NCBI GenBank assembly: GCA_029262535.1
Contig: JAJCZF010000061.1
Coordinates: forward strand, 2,778-66,777
Direction: 5' to 3'
DNA: 64,000 nucleotides
Origin: Deltaproteobacteria bacterium
GTDB taxonomy: Bacteria > Desulfobacterota > GWC2-55-46 > JAJCZF01
A program made the translations under genes and the position numbers. Numbering within the stretch: the stretch's first letter is position 1; each line of letters opens with the position of its first letter. The notes beneath the pieces are model-generated. The model searched no databases. It saw only the letters and a list, made by a program, of their open reading frames with translations, and was not told the origin of the DNA. Positions 8,848-17,752 of the stretch are shown here, piece after piece.

Positions 8848-10401
8848 CTACCTGCCCTCTAATATCCTTATAGCCTGATCGAGATTCGTCTTCGCCTCCG
8901 GATAGTCTCCGGTTGTGTCGAGCCGCACGGCAAGATCAAAGTTTCTGGCGGCCTCTCTGATATCGCCCTTCTTGGCAAATACTATTCCGAGATTATTATA
9001 TACAGCACTCGACCTCGGGTCGATCTCCTTTGCTGCAAGAAGCTCGCCCATGGCCTCGTCAAGCCTCTCAAGCTTTGCAAGCTCTATGGCGTAACTTACG
9101 CGCGCCTGCCTGCTCGTCGGGTTCTTCGTTGCCGCGTCCTTCCAGATGGTATATTCGCTATCCCAGTCCGGTATACGGTTAAGCGTACCCGCGCCGTAAA
9201 GAACCGCCACTATTAGCGCCACGACCCAGGCGCTCTTTATTCGACCAGGCTTTTGCCATGCTGCAATCGATGCAAAAAAAGATGCCGCAAATATCGCGTA
9301 ACCCACGGAGGCGCCATAGAGATACCTGCTCTCATAAACGGGAGAGGCGCTCTTCCAGGCGAGGTAAAATGGTGGCGCTATCATGATAAGGAACCAGAGT
9401 ATCGCAAAGAGCATCAAACGCGACCTTCTGTAGAGTCGGACCATGAGGGCGATAAATGCGATAAAGAATATCAGGCAATAGATCGCCCTCACATCCGAGA
9501 TAGAGCGCACCGGTTCAAATAGGTTAAAATAAAAGAAGGTTATATCTATAGGCACGAGAACTTTTCTGACATAGAGGAAAAAGAGCGTTGGCAGATTCAG
9601 AAAGAATTCGTAGTAGGAGAGCATCCTGTTTGTGCCCGTCTCGCCAAGCGCCAAAAAGTCTCCGTGAAGCGAATAGGTCCTCATCGCTATAAAGACAAAA
9701 CCGGCTATAACGGTCGGGAGGTAACGGCCTATTATCTTTTTTATTACAAATACGGAATCACGCCTTAAGGTAAGATCGTAAGCGACGAGCGCGAAAGGCA
9801 GCATCATGCCCGTCTCCTTTGAGAGGGCCGACAGGAGAAAGGCGATTGCCGTAAGGATATACCGGTCCTTGATATAAAAGAGCATGGCAAGCAGGGCAAA
9901 TAAGGTGAACGAGACCTCCGGCACCGCGGCTATCCACGAGACCGCCTCGCTATTAATCGTATGAAAGCCGAAAAAGAGAGCCGCGAAGAAGGCGGCGAGG
10001 CTCACGCCCTGCGCTGACCACCTCTCGTCTTGATCATAACCTTCGTTCTTTAAGAGAGAAGAGCTTAAGAGAAAGACCAGAACGGTATTTATCGCGTGGA
10101 GGATTATCTTCATCAGGTGATAACCCCACGACTCAAGCCCGGATAGCTGATAAGAGAAGGTGTAGAGTATATACTTTACCGGCCTGTAATAATTAGAATC
10201 GCCCTCGCCCGGCAGGAAGTCCCAAACTGAAGAGAAGAGGATATTTGAGATATTGGAAAAGTCCTTTATCCATTCGTTGCGTGCGATCTGGTAGAGATCG
10301 TCCGAGATGAACTGGCCGTTAATGCCCGGCAAATATAAAGCCGCGGTCAGACAAAAAGCCAAAAGCATCAAGAAGTTATCGTTTTTAATAAGAGAGTGCA
10401 A
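8848..10401 (-). CDS. TMTC-like membrane protein with about 3 TPRs, paralogue P3
   Basis: TTG start at 10401. Motifs: INGQFISDDLYQIA, NYYRP, WGYHLMKIILHAIN, HTINSEAVSWIAAVPEVSF, SKETGMMLPF, YESRYLYGASVGY, junction IPDWDSEYTIWKD. Confidence 0.8.
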   Translation of the reverse strand: MHSLIKNDNFLMLLAFCLTAALYLPGINGQFISDDLYQIARNEWIKDFSNISNILFSSVWDFLPGEGDSNYYRPVKYILYTFSYQLSGLESWGYHLMKIILHAINTVLVFLLSSSLLKNEGYDQDERWSAQGVSLAAFFAALFFGFHTINSEAVSWIAAVPEVSFTLFALLAMLFYIKDRYILTAIAFLLSALSKETGMMLPFALVAYDLTLRRDSVFVIKKIIGRYLPTVIAGFVFIAMRTYSLHGDFLALGETGTNRMLSYYEFFLNLPTLFFLYVRKVLVPIDITFFYFNLFEPVRSISDVRAIYCLIFFIAFIALMVRLYRRSRLMLFAILWFLIMIAPPFYLAWKSASPVYESRYLYGASVGYAIFAASFFASIAAWQKPGRIKSAWVVALIVAVLYGAGTLNRIPDWDSEYTIWKDAATKNPTSRQARVSYAIELAKLERLDEAMGELLAAKEIDPRSSAVYNNLGIVFAKKGDIREAARNFDLAVRLDTTGDYPEAKTNLDQAIRILEGR

Positions 10402-10407
10402 TAGCTA

Positions 10408-12003
10408 TTACCTTCTATCTCCGCCGTTGCCGTCACCCTGGCGTAGTATCTTTACGGCCTGATCGAGATTCTTCCTGGCGTCTTTATTACCCGGGTCAAT
10501 GAGCAAGGCCGCCTCAAACTGAGACGCGGCCTCTGGGATCAACCCCTTTTTGGCATAGGCTATGCCGAGATTATTATGCAGCCCATCTGCCGTATCGTCA
10601 TTCGGAGCGATAAGAAGCCCCTCTTCCATAGTCGTAATGGCCTCGTCAAGCCTGCCAAGGTCGATCAGTTCCCTGCCGTACCAGAGCCGCGCCGTCATAT
10701 TAGACGGCACCTTCTTTACCACGTCGTGCCAGAGAGCGATCGAACTATTCCAGACAATATTCCTCTTAACGGTAGCGACCGAAAAGGTCGCCGTAATAAT
10801 CACCAAAATAAGCGACGCAATAAGCGGCCCCCTAAGCGAAGAGAGCCTCTCTGAAAGAGAATATAAGAGGGTCGAAACGAGCATACCAAAACCTGCCGTC
10901 GATATATAGAGATAACGCTCGGCAAATATCGGTACGCCCTTAATATAACTAATAGCAAGCACCGGCGCAAGCGGGGTCATGATCCATACTATTATAAATA
11001 GATAAGGCGACCGGGCCCTGTAGAGCCTGTAGAGGAAGTAGATAAAAAAAGCGGTAGAGAGAATATATATAATAGCGCGAAGCTCGAAGGGCGAAAGCAA
11101 TAACTCAAACCTCATATGCGAAAAGTAGGCAAGCTCTATAGGCAAGATAAGTTTCTCAAAATATGTTGCAATAAGCGGCATCATATTCAGCGCAAGCTGA
11201 AAAGCAGAGAGCTCCGCGTCCACCTCAACGCCCTCGACAGGCGTCAGCCCTCCGCCCATAGCGACCATGCGCATAATAAGATAAAATACTACTACCGCGC
11301 CGTATGGTATGAAGCGTATTAGCAGCGCAGTAAAGCGCTCTCTTATAAGCAACAGTGAATAAGCGAAGATTATAGCGGGAACGATAATCGCCGTCTCCTT
11401 GCAAAAGATTGCCGGGATAAAGAGTAGAACCGATACTACCCTTGCGCGCCTGCTACCGCTTATATAAAAAAGGAACGAAAGAAGCGAAAAGAAGGTAAAA
11501 GAGATCTCCGGCACCGCAGCGACCCAATCCACGACCTCGGTATTTATAGTGTGGGTGGCAAATATCAGGGCCGCGAAGAATGGCGGCAGGTAGCTCCATC
11601 CGCTCTTCTCTTCGCCTTCTTTAAAACTATCAAAGATACGAATAGTCAGAAGAAAGACGAGCGCAGAATTAATCGCATGCAAAAGGATATTCACGAGGTG
11701 GTAACCCCACGTCTCAAGGCCGGAGAACTTGTAGCTGACCATATAAAAGAGATGCATCATCGGGCGGTAGTAGACCTGTTCGCCGCCCTCTTCCATAAAA
11801 CCCCAGACAGGTTTTACAAAGACACTGCCTATATTGGAAAAGCTGCGTATCCACTCATTGCGCAAGACCTGGTAGATATCGTCCTTTATAAAATCGCCAT
11901 TAATAGAGTTGGCATAGACCCCGGCCCCGCATACGAAAACCGCCAGCGCGAGCGCGTATAAGATCCTCTTATCTTTTCTATCATAGTGGCGCGGACCGGT
12001 CAT
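10408..12003 (-). CDS. TMTC-like membrane protein with about 3 TPRs, paralogue P4
   Basis: The ATG at 12003 overlaps the P5 stop (ATGA at 12000-12003). Motifs: INGDFIKDDIYQVL, VYYRP, WGYHLVNILLHAIN, HTINTEVVDWVAAVPEISF, CKETAIIVPA, FAERYLYISTAGF, junction NIVWNSSIALWHD. Confidence 0.8.
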   Translation of the reverse strand: MTGPRHYDRKDKRILYALALAVFVCGAGVYANSINGDFIKDDIYQVLRNEWIRSFSNIGSVFVKPVWGFMEEGGEQVYYRPMMHLFYMVSYKFSGLETWGYHLVNILLHAINSALVFLLTIRIFDSFKEGEEKSGWSYLPPFFAALIFATHTINTEVVDWVAAVPEISFTFFSLLSFLFYISGSRRARVVSVLLFIPAIFCKETAIIVPAIIFAYSLLLIRERFTALLIRFIPYGAVVVFYLIMRMVAMGGGLTPVEGVEVDAELSAFQLALNMMPLIATYFEKLILPIELAYFSHMRFELLLSPFELRAIIYILSTAFFIYFLYRLYRARSPYLFIIVWIMTPLAPVLAISYIKGVPIFAERYLYISTAGFGMLVSTLLYSLSERLSSLRGPLIASLILVIITATFSVATVKRNIVWNSSIALWHDVVKKVPSNMTARLWYGRELIDLGRLDEAITTMEEGLLIAPNDDTADGLHNNLGIAYAKKGLIPEAASQFEAALLIDPGNKDARKNLDQAVKILRQGDGNGGDRR

Positions 12004-13595
12004 CTCGCGCCCTCAAGCGCCGCCCGCGCCTGTCTGAGATTATTAGCTGCGTCGGTAAAGGTCGGGTCCAGTCGCAGGGCCGTTGCAAACTCTTTAGCCG
12101 CCTCGCGCATCAAACCTTTTCTCGCATAGACCACGCCTATATTATTATAGGCAAGCGCGGATAACGGATCTATGCGCCGGGCCTCTATAAAGTGAGTGAG
12201 CGAAGCGTCGAGATCACCCCTCCTCACGAGTTCGAGTCCCAGGTTATTACGCGCGATACGGCTTTCAGGGCTCTTTGCCACCGTGTCGCCCCAGAGTGTG
12301 TAATTATCCTTCCATGTAAAGTTCCTCATCACCGTGCCGCCGGCATATAAGACGACCAGCACGGCGAGCGCGCCTCCAAAAGCGCGCATCCATCCAAACG
12401 AGCCCTTAACGTCGCTCTGCCCGCTCCTTTGGGAAAAATATATAGAAAGCTTGGCCCCGTAGAGCGCCAGAAGAAAACCAAAACCGCCTGTAGAGAGATA
12501 TAAGTATCGCTCTGTAAAGGTATTACGCCCAAGCGCCGGTATATATAAGGCGGGAAGCAGAGGCACGGCAATCCATAAAAGCGCGAAAAAGACCAAACGG
12601 TCGTAACGCCACAGGCGCACGAGAGCTACGATAAAGAGCAGGCAGATAATAACGGGCAGGATAAAACGCGGCTCAGAGAGGCTCATAACCGGCTCAAAGA
12701 CATAGTCGAAATTAAGCTCCACCGGCAGGAAAAGCTTACCGAGATAGTCCGCAAAGAGGCTCGGCACGCTCTTTAAGAGCTCAAGATCCGTAAGGTGCGC
12801 AACATGTTTAGGCCTGCCTGGAGCCATCGAAGAAAGCACTGAAAAACGTATAAAGAGATATACCGCGCCGACAAGACCAAAGGGTATCAGTCGTTTTATT
12901 GTCCCTAAGACAGACCGCCTCCATACGAATATCTCAAGCGCTATAAGCAAGACCGGCAAGGTCGCCGTCGTCTCTTTGCTTAAGGCCGCTAAAAAGAAGA
13001 AGAAGAGCGCCCCGATATATCGAAGCCCCTTCATGGAGCGCGCGCCGGAGTATAAAAAGAGACTTATCAGGTAAAAGAGCGCAAAGGAAAGCTCTGATAT
13101 AGCCGATACCCAGCCCACGGCTTCGGTATTTACCGGATGCACGGCAAATATCAAAGCGCTGAAAAATGGCACGAATAATAAAAGAGGCGCAGGTAAAGAG
13201 AGAGGTAACTCGTCGCTCGAAATAGCGGCACGCTCTTCTTCCTTGCGCCTGCCAACCAGTAGCGAGGCCGTAAAGAGATAGACAAAGACCGTAGACAATG
13301 CATGGACGAATATATTCATGGCGTGGTATCCCCACGCCGCCTTGCCGGAGATATTATAACCTACCATGAAAAAAAGGTGATAGAGCGGGCGATACTGGTT
13401 GGAGGCCCCCTCCTCGTCTATACCCCATACCGGGGAGGAAACTATCTCTGGAATATTACCGATATCGGTGATCCAGCGATTTTCAAGAACAAAAAACTTA
13501 TCGTCGCGCACAAGGTCGTTACCGAGCGTATTCGTATATACCGCTATGGCAGCCACAAAGACAAATATAATGGCTATAAGGCGTTTACGATCCAT
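12000..13595 (-). CDS. TMTC-like membrane protein with about 3 TPRs, paralogue P5
   Basis: ATG at 13595. Motifs: LVRDDKFFVL, NQYRP, WGYHAMNIFVHAL, HPVNTEAVGWVSAISELSF, SKETTATLPV, FTERYLYLSTGGF, junction NFTWKDNYTLWGD. Confidence 0.8.
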   Translation of the reverse strand: MDRKRLIAIIFVFVAAIAVYTNTLGNDLVRDDKFFVLENRWITDIGNIPEIVSSPVWGIDEEGASNQYRPLYHLFFMVGYNISGKAAWGYHAMNIFVHALSTVFVYLFTASLLVGRRKEEERAAISSDELPLSLPAPLLLFVPFFSALIFAVHPVNTEAVGWVSAISELSFALFYLISLFLYSGARSMKGLRYIGALFFFFLAALSKETTATLPVLLIALEIFVWRRSVLGTIKRLIPFGLVGAVYLFIRFSVLSSMAPGRPKHVAHLTDLELLKSVPSLFADYLGKLFLPVELNFDYVFEPVMSLSEPRFILPVIICLLFIVALVRLWRYDRLVFFALLWIAVPLLPALYIPALGRNTFTERYLYLSTGGFGFLLALYGAKLSIYFSQRSGQSDVKGSFGWMRAFGGALAVLVVLYAGGTVMRNFTWKDNYTLWGDTVAKSPESRIARNNLGLELVRRGDLDASLTHFIEARRIDPLSALAYNNIGVVYARKGLMREAAKEFATALRLDPTFTDAANNLRQARAALEGAR

Positions 13596-13598
13596 AAG

Positions 13599-15134
13599 CT
13601 AATCTTTTCCGAGTATGGAGAGGGCTTGTTGAAGATTCTTTCTCGCATTTATGTCATTTGGGTTATCGGCAAGCACCGTTTGGAACTCCCTTACCGCCCC
13701 CTCTATATCGCCAGTCTTTGCTAGCGCGATACCGAGATTGTTTCGCGCCGGGTTATGACCGGGGTCTATCTCCAGCGACCTTCTGAAAGCGACGATGCCC
13801 TCGTAGATGCGTCCCCTTCGCGTAAGCTCTATGGCGAGATTATTAAAGGCGTACTTGTTATCTGGGGCCTTGCTCGTGCTATCTTGCCATAAGGTAAGCT
13901 CGTTCTTCCACGCCCCTGTCCGGTGAATCGTACCGTAGCTATAGAGCAGAATCAATCCTATGAAAAATGCCGTAAGAAATTTCTTCGCCCCTGCGCTCGA
14001 CTCTGCATAATATAGATAACCGAGCGCAAGCAACAAGCCAAAACCCGCAGTGGAGATATATAGATAACGCTCGGCAAGGGCCGGGTGACCCTTGAGCATC
14101 GACATATGAAATACCGGTATGAGCGGAATAAATATCCAAAGAAGCGCGAAGAGCGCGACACTATTCCTCTTTCTAAGGACTACGGCAAAGTATATAACTG
14201 AGAATATCACAACGAGCGAGCCCAGCAAACGAGGATCGGTAAGGCCGGTTACGACATCGAGATACTCATAAAATATAAGATTTACAGGCCTGTAGAGCTT
14301 TCCTATATATGCATGTACAAGCGGAAAGAAGTTTAGCACGATATCGCCCTCGGCAAGGTCGGGTTCGTTACTCATCGGCGTAATACCGCCGAGCGCCTGA
14401 AATCTCATTACAAGATAGACGATACCGACAAAGACAAAAGGCAGGTACCTGACAATCCACGCCTTAATGGGCCTTACCGGCTCGCGCCTTATCAAGAGAT
14501 CGTAACAGACCAGGAGCGGCGGCACAAAGGCCGCAGTCTCTTTTGAAAGCGCGCCGATAAAAAAGAATATCACCGCGCCCCAGTACCGGAGCGAGCCGAC
14601 TCGCTCCGAAGAGATATATAGATAGATACTAATAAAGGAGAATAGGGCAAAAGAGAGTTCCGATATGGCGGCGACCCATACGACCGACTCCGTATTAACA
14701 GGGTGAGTCGCAAATACCAGCGCGGTGAACAATGCTCCGAGACGCGCTTTGGATGCCCACTCGCGTTCCTCTCCGTGCCTGCCGCCGATAAGCTTTAGGG
14801 CGATAAGGAATACGAATATCGACGAGAGCATATGGAAGATATTATTTACGAGATGAAATCCCCACGCCGCGTAACCGAATATATGGTAGGTGACAAGATA
14901 ATAGATAAGATATAGAGGCCGGTAGTGGTTCGAGAGATTTTCAAGCCCCTGAAAGGACCAGACCGATTTCGTAAGTATGAGCGGGATATACTTCACATCG
15001 GTTATCCACGGATTGGCGAGAATCAGATGACGATCGTCCACCACAAAGTCGCAGCCGAGTGCGCGCAGGTATACGCAAAACGATACAACGGCGACTATGC
15101 CCATATATAGATATGTCTGTTTTACGTTATTCAT
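13599..15134 (-). CDS. TMTC-like membrane protein with about 3 TPRs, paralogue P6
   Basis: ATG at 15134. Motifs: FVVDDRHLIL, NHYRP, WGFHLVNNIFHML, HPVNTESVVWVAAISELSF, SKETAAFVPP, LAERYLYISTAGF, junction GAWKNELTLWQD. Confidence 0.8.
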   Translation of the reverse strand: MNNVKQTYLYMGIVAVVSFCVYLRALGCDFVVDDRHLILANPWITDVKYIPLILTKSVWSFQGLENLSNHYRPLYLIYYLVTYHIFGYAAWGFHLVNNIFHMLSSIFVFLIALKLIGGRHGEEREWASKARLGALFTALVFATHPVNTESVVWVAAISELSFALFSFISIYLYISSERVGSLRYWGAVIFFFIGALSKETAAFVPPLLVCYDLLIRREPVRPIKAWIVRYLPFVFVGIVYLVMRFQALGGITPMSNEPDLAEGDIVLNFFPLVHAYIGKLYRPVNLIFYEYLDVVTGLTDPRLLGSLVVIFSVIYFAVVLRKRNSVALFALLWIFIPLIPVFHMSMLKGHPALAERYLYISTAGFGLLLALGYLYYAESSAGAKKFLTAFFIGLILLYSYGTIHRTGAWKNELTLWQDSTSKAPDNKYAFNNLAIELTRRGRIYEGIVAFRRSLEIDPGHNPARNNLGIALAKTGDIEGAVREFQTVLADNPNDINARKNLQQALSILGKD

Positions 15135-15199
15135 ATCACCTTTTAAAGCATCTCTATGAGCAAAAGGCTCACCATAAAATCTAATGACTTAAACACTTT

Positions 15200-15228
15200 A
15201 TGCTAACATCTTAAGCCTTTTTTTTCAA
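15200..15228 (-). promoter_or_regulatory. sigma70-like promoter candidate for the P6-P5-P4-P3 operon
   Basis: On the minus strand: TTGAAA (complement of 15223-15228), 17-nt spacer, TAGCAT (complement of 15200-15205). The -35 box and spacer share an A8 homopolymer (plus-strand T8 at 15218-15225). AAGGTGA precedes the ATG at 15134. Confidence 0.35.
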
Positions 15229-15287
15229 TGGGAGAGGCAGCGCGCAGTTCTCTGCTTATTTAACGAAATGGATTACAGAACGCTTAT

Positions 15288-15316
15288 TTGACAGCTCTGC
15301 GCCGTATATATAATAA
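15288..15316 (+). promoter_or_regulatory. sigma70-like promoter candidate for the ABC importer operon
   Basis: TTGACA (15288-15293), then either TATAAT at a 15-nt spacer (15309-15314) or TAATAA at a 17-nt spacer (15311-15316). Confidence 0.3.
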
Positions 15317-15521
15317 CTTCAACTCCCTTCATATTGACAGGCATTAAATTTCTTCAGTCTTCAAATGATTACCGTACAAATTATAAGATTAGTCAAAAGC
15401 TCCACAGGCTGTAGAGTGACCTGTACGGAGTTACTGCCTTGACCCTCACCCTGCTCTATGATAACTTATATAATTCAGAAACTTACACTAATTACACTCT
15501 TTAAAGGGCCGCGTATTTACG

Positions 15522-17747
15522 ATGATTTCAGAGGGCAGACTCATAAGGTTTATTGCAAAAAGCAGCCTTGCGCTTATCCTTTTTTCACTCGTTCTCCTGT
15601 CTTGTGAAAATACCAACAACCCCTACCGCGCCGAAGAGCGCGATGCCAATGTCTATTATACGACCTTTAGCGAACCCCCGAAACATCTCGACCCGGCGCG
15701 TGCCTACAGCTCCGACGAGTACGGTTTCCTTGCGCAAATTTACGAACCGCTCGTCCAGTACCACTATCTTAAGAGGCCCTATGAACTAGAGCCCCTTACG
15801 GCCCGCTCTCTGCCCGCGCCAATTTATTACGACCAATACGGAGCAAAACTTTCCGACGAGGCCGAGCCTGGCGACGTGGCGCGCGCCGTATACGATATCG
15901 AGATAAAAAAGGGCATCCTCTACCAGCCCCACCCGGCATTTGCAAAGAAACCGGACGGCAGCCCTTATTACAAGAAGCTGGCCGACGAAGACCTTAAAGG
16001 GGTGGACGAGATACGCGACTTTGCCGAGACCGGCACGCGCGAGCTTACGGCTGACGACTACATATACCAGATCAAGCGCCTTGCCGACCCGCAGGTGATG
16101 TGCCCCATACTGCCGATACTCGAAAAATATATCGTCGGCATGACCGAACTGAAAATAGCGCTCAAAAAAGAGCTTGAAGACGAACGGGCCCGCAGAAAAG
16201 AGGCAGGAGGGGCGGCATATAACCGCGCGCTCGACGAGAAGACAAACCCCATAATACTCGATTATTCCATACCGCTTGAGGGTGTGCAAAAGAGAGGCCC
16301 ATACTCTTTTGAAATAATCCTTAAATCCAAATACCCGCAGTTTGTCTACTGGCTCGCCATGCCGTTCTTTGCGCCGATCCCAATCGAAGCCGACCTCTTT
16401 TACAAGGAACCGGCTCTGGCCGACCGCAATATCACTCTCGACCGCTTCCCGGTCGGCACCGGCGCATTTATGATAGACGTATTCGACCCGCACCTTGAGA
16501 TAACACTCGCCGCCAACCCCAACTTTCACGAAGAGAGATTTCCAACAGAAGGCGAAGCCAGAGACCGCGAAAGGGGACTTTTGGAAGACGCGGGCAAACG
16601 TCTGCCCTTCTTAAAGAAGGTCGTCTTCAAACTTGAAAAAGAATCGATACCGCGCTGGAACAAATTCCTTCAGGGTTACTTCGACACGTCTGGCATATCG
16701 AACGACAGCTTTGACAGCGCCGTAAGCATCTCACCCTCGGGCGGGGTGGACCTTACCGATCTCATCAAAAGCAAGGGGATCCGTCTTAAAACGTCGATCA
16801 GGCCATCGAGCTCCTATATGGGCTTTAATATGCTCGATGAGACCGTCGGCGGATATAGCCCTGAAAAACAAAAACTCCGCCAGGCCATATCAATCGCGCT
16901 CGACTACGAAGAGTTTATCGAGATATTCATAAACGGGCGCGGTCTGCCCGCTATGGGGCCTCTGCCGCCCGGCCTCTTCGGTTTTGAGAAGGGTGAGAAT
17001 GGTATAAACCCCTATGTCTATAGCTGGAACAAAGAAGAAGAGATGCCGGAACGACGCTCCCTCGAAGAGGCCAAAAGATTGCTGACCGAGGCAGGATATC
17101 CCGGCGGACGGGATAAAGATGGCCGACCTCTGGTCATCACCTTTGACAACGCCTGGGCCGGGGTGACCAGCCTTCAGCAAAATATAGACTGGTTCGGCAA
17201 AAAGCTCAAACTCATAGGCATACAGCTGGAAAACCGTTCGACCGACTACAACCGCTTTCGGGAGAAGGTTACGTCTGGCAACTTCCAGCTATTCAGCTGG
17301 GGATGGAACGCCGACTATCCGGACCCGGAAAACTTTCTCTTCTTACTTGCCGGACATAACGGCAAGGTAGAGTACCGCGGCGAGAATGCGGCAAACTACA
17401 AAAACCCGGAGTTCGACCGCCTCTTTACAAAGATGGAAAATATGGAATCCAACCCGGAGCGGCTGGAGATAATACGCAAGATGACCAAGATAGCGCAAAA
17501 GGACGCGCCATGGGTCTTCGGATACCACCCCGTCTCATTCACGCTCCAGCACCGTTGGGTCGGCAATAGCAAATCAAACGCCATGGCAAACGGCACCATG
17601 AAATATATCAAGATAGATACCAGTATGCGAACCGAAAAGCGCGCCGCATGGAACAAACCGCGCTTCATGCCTATAATAGTCCTCTTTATTATTATCTTTA
17701 TCATAGCCATACCGGCGGTAATAAAGATAAGAAGGAAGCTCGGTTAA
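15522..17747 (+). CDS. ABC transporter substrate-binding lipoprotein, family 5 (YejA/OppA-like), with an extra C-terminal TM helix
   Basis: Lipobox LVLLSC at the N-terminus. Family-5 blocks: SDEYGFLAQIYEPLVQY, FMIDVFDP, WGWNADYPDPENFL. The C-terminus reads PRFMPIIVLFIIIFIIAIPAVIKIRRKLG, a hydrophobic helix followed by a basic tail. Confidence 0.8.
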   Translation: MISEGRLIRFIAKSSLALILFSLVLLSCENTNNPYRAEERDANVYYTTFSEPPKHLDPARAYSSDEYGFLAQIYEPLVQYHYLKRPYELEPLTARSLPAPIYYDQYGAKLSDEAEPGDVARAVYDIEIKKGILYQPHPAFAKKPDGSPYYKKLADEDLKGVDEIRDFAETGTRELTADDYIYQIKRLADPQVMCPILPILEKYIVGMTELKIALKKELEDERARRKEAGGAAYNRALDEKTNPIILDYSIPLEGVQKRGPYSFEIILKSKYPQFVYWLAMPFFAPIPIEADLFYKEPALADRNITLDRFPVGTGAFMIDVFDPHLEITLAANPNFHEERFPTEGEARDRERGLLEDAGKRLPFLKKVVFKLEKESIPRWNKFLQGYFDTSGISNDSFDSAVSISPSGGVDLTDLIKSKGIRLKTSIRPSSSYMGFNMLDETVGGYSPEKQKLRQAISIALDYEEFIEIFINGRGLPAMGPLPPGLFGFEKGENGINPYVYSWNKEEEMPERRSLEEAKRLLTEAGYPGGRDKDGRPLVITFDNAWAGVTSLQQNIDWFGKKLKLIGIQLENRSTDYNRFREKVTSGNFQLFSWGWNADYPDPENFLFLLAGHNGKVEYRGENAANYKNPEFDRLFTKMENMESNPERLEIIRKMTKIAQKDAPWVFGYHPVSFTLQHRWVGNSKSNAMANGTMKYIKIDTSMRTEKRAAWNKPRFMPIIVLFIIIFIIAIPAVIKIRRKLG

Positions 17748-17752
17748 GACGT

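Noticed and set aside
15786-16529. 247-aa minus-strand ORF inside the SBP gene
   Set aside because: It lies fully antisense to a gene with clear family-5 SBP motifs. The translation is Arg/Val/Gly-rich with no recognisable motif. This is a typical shadow ORF.
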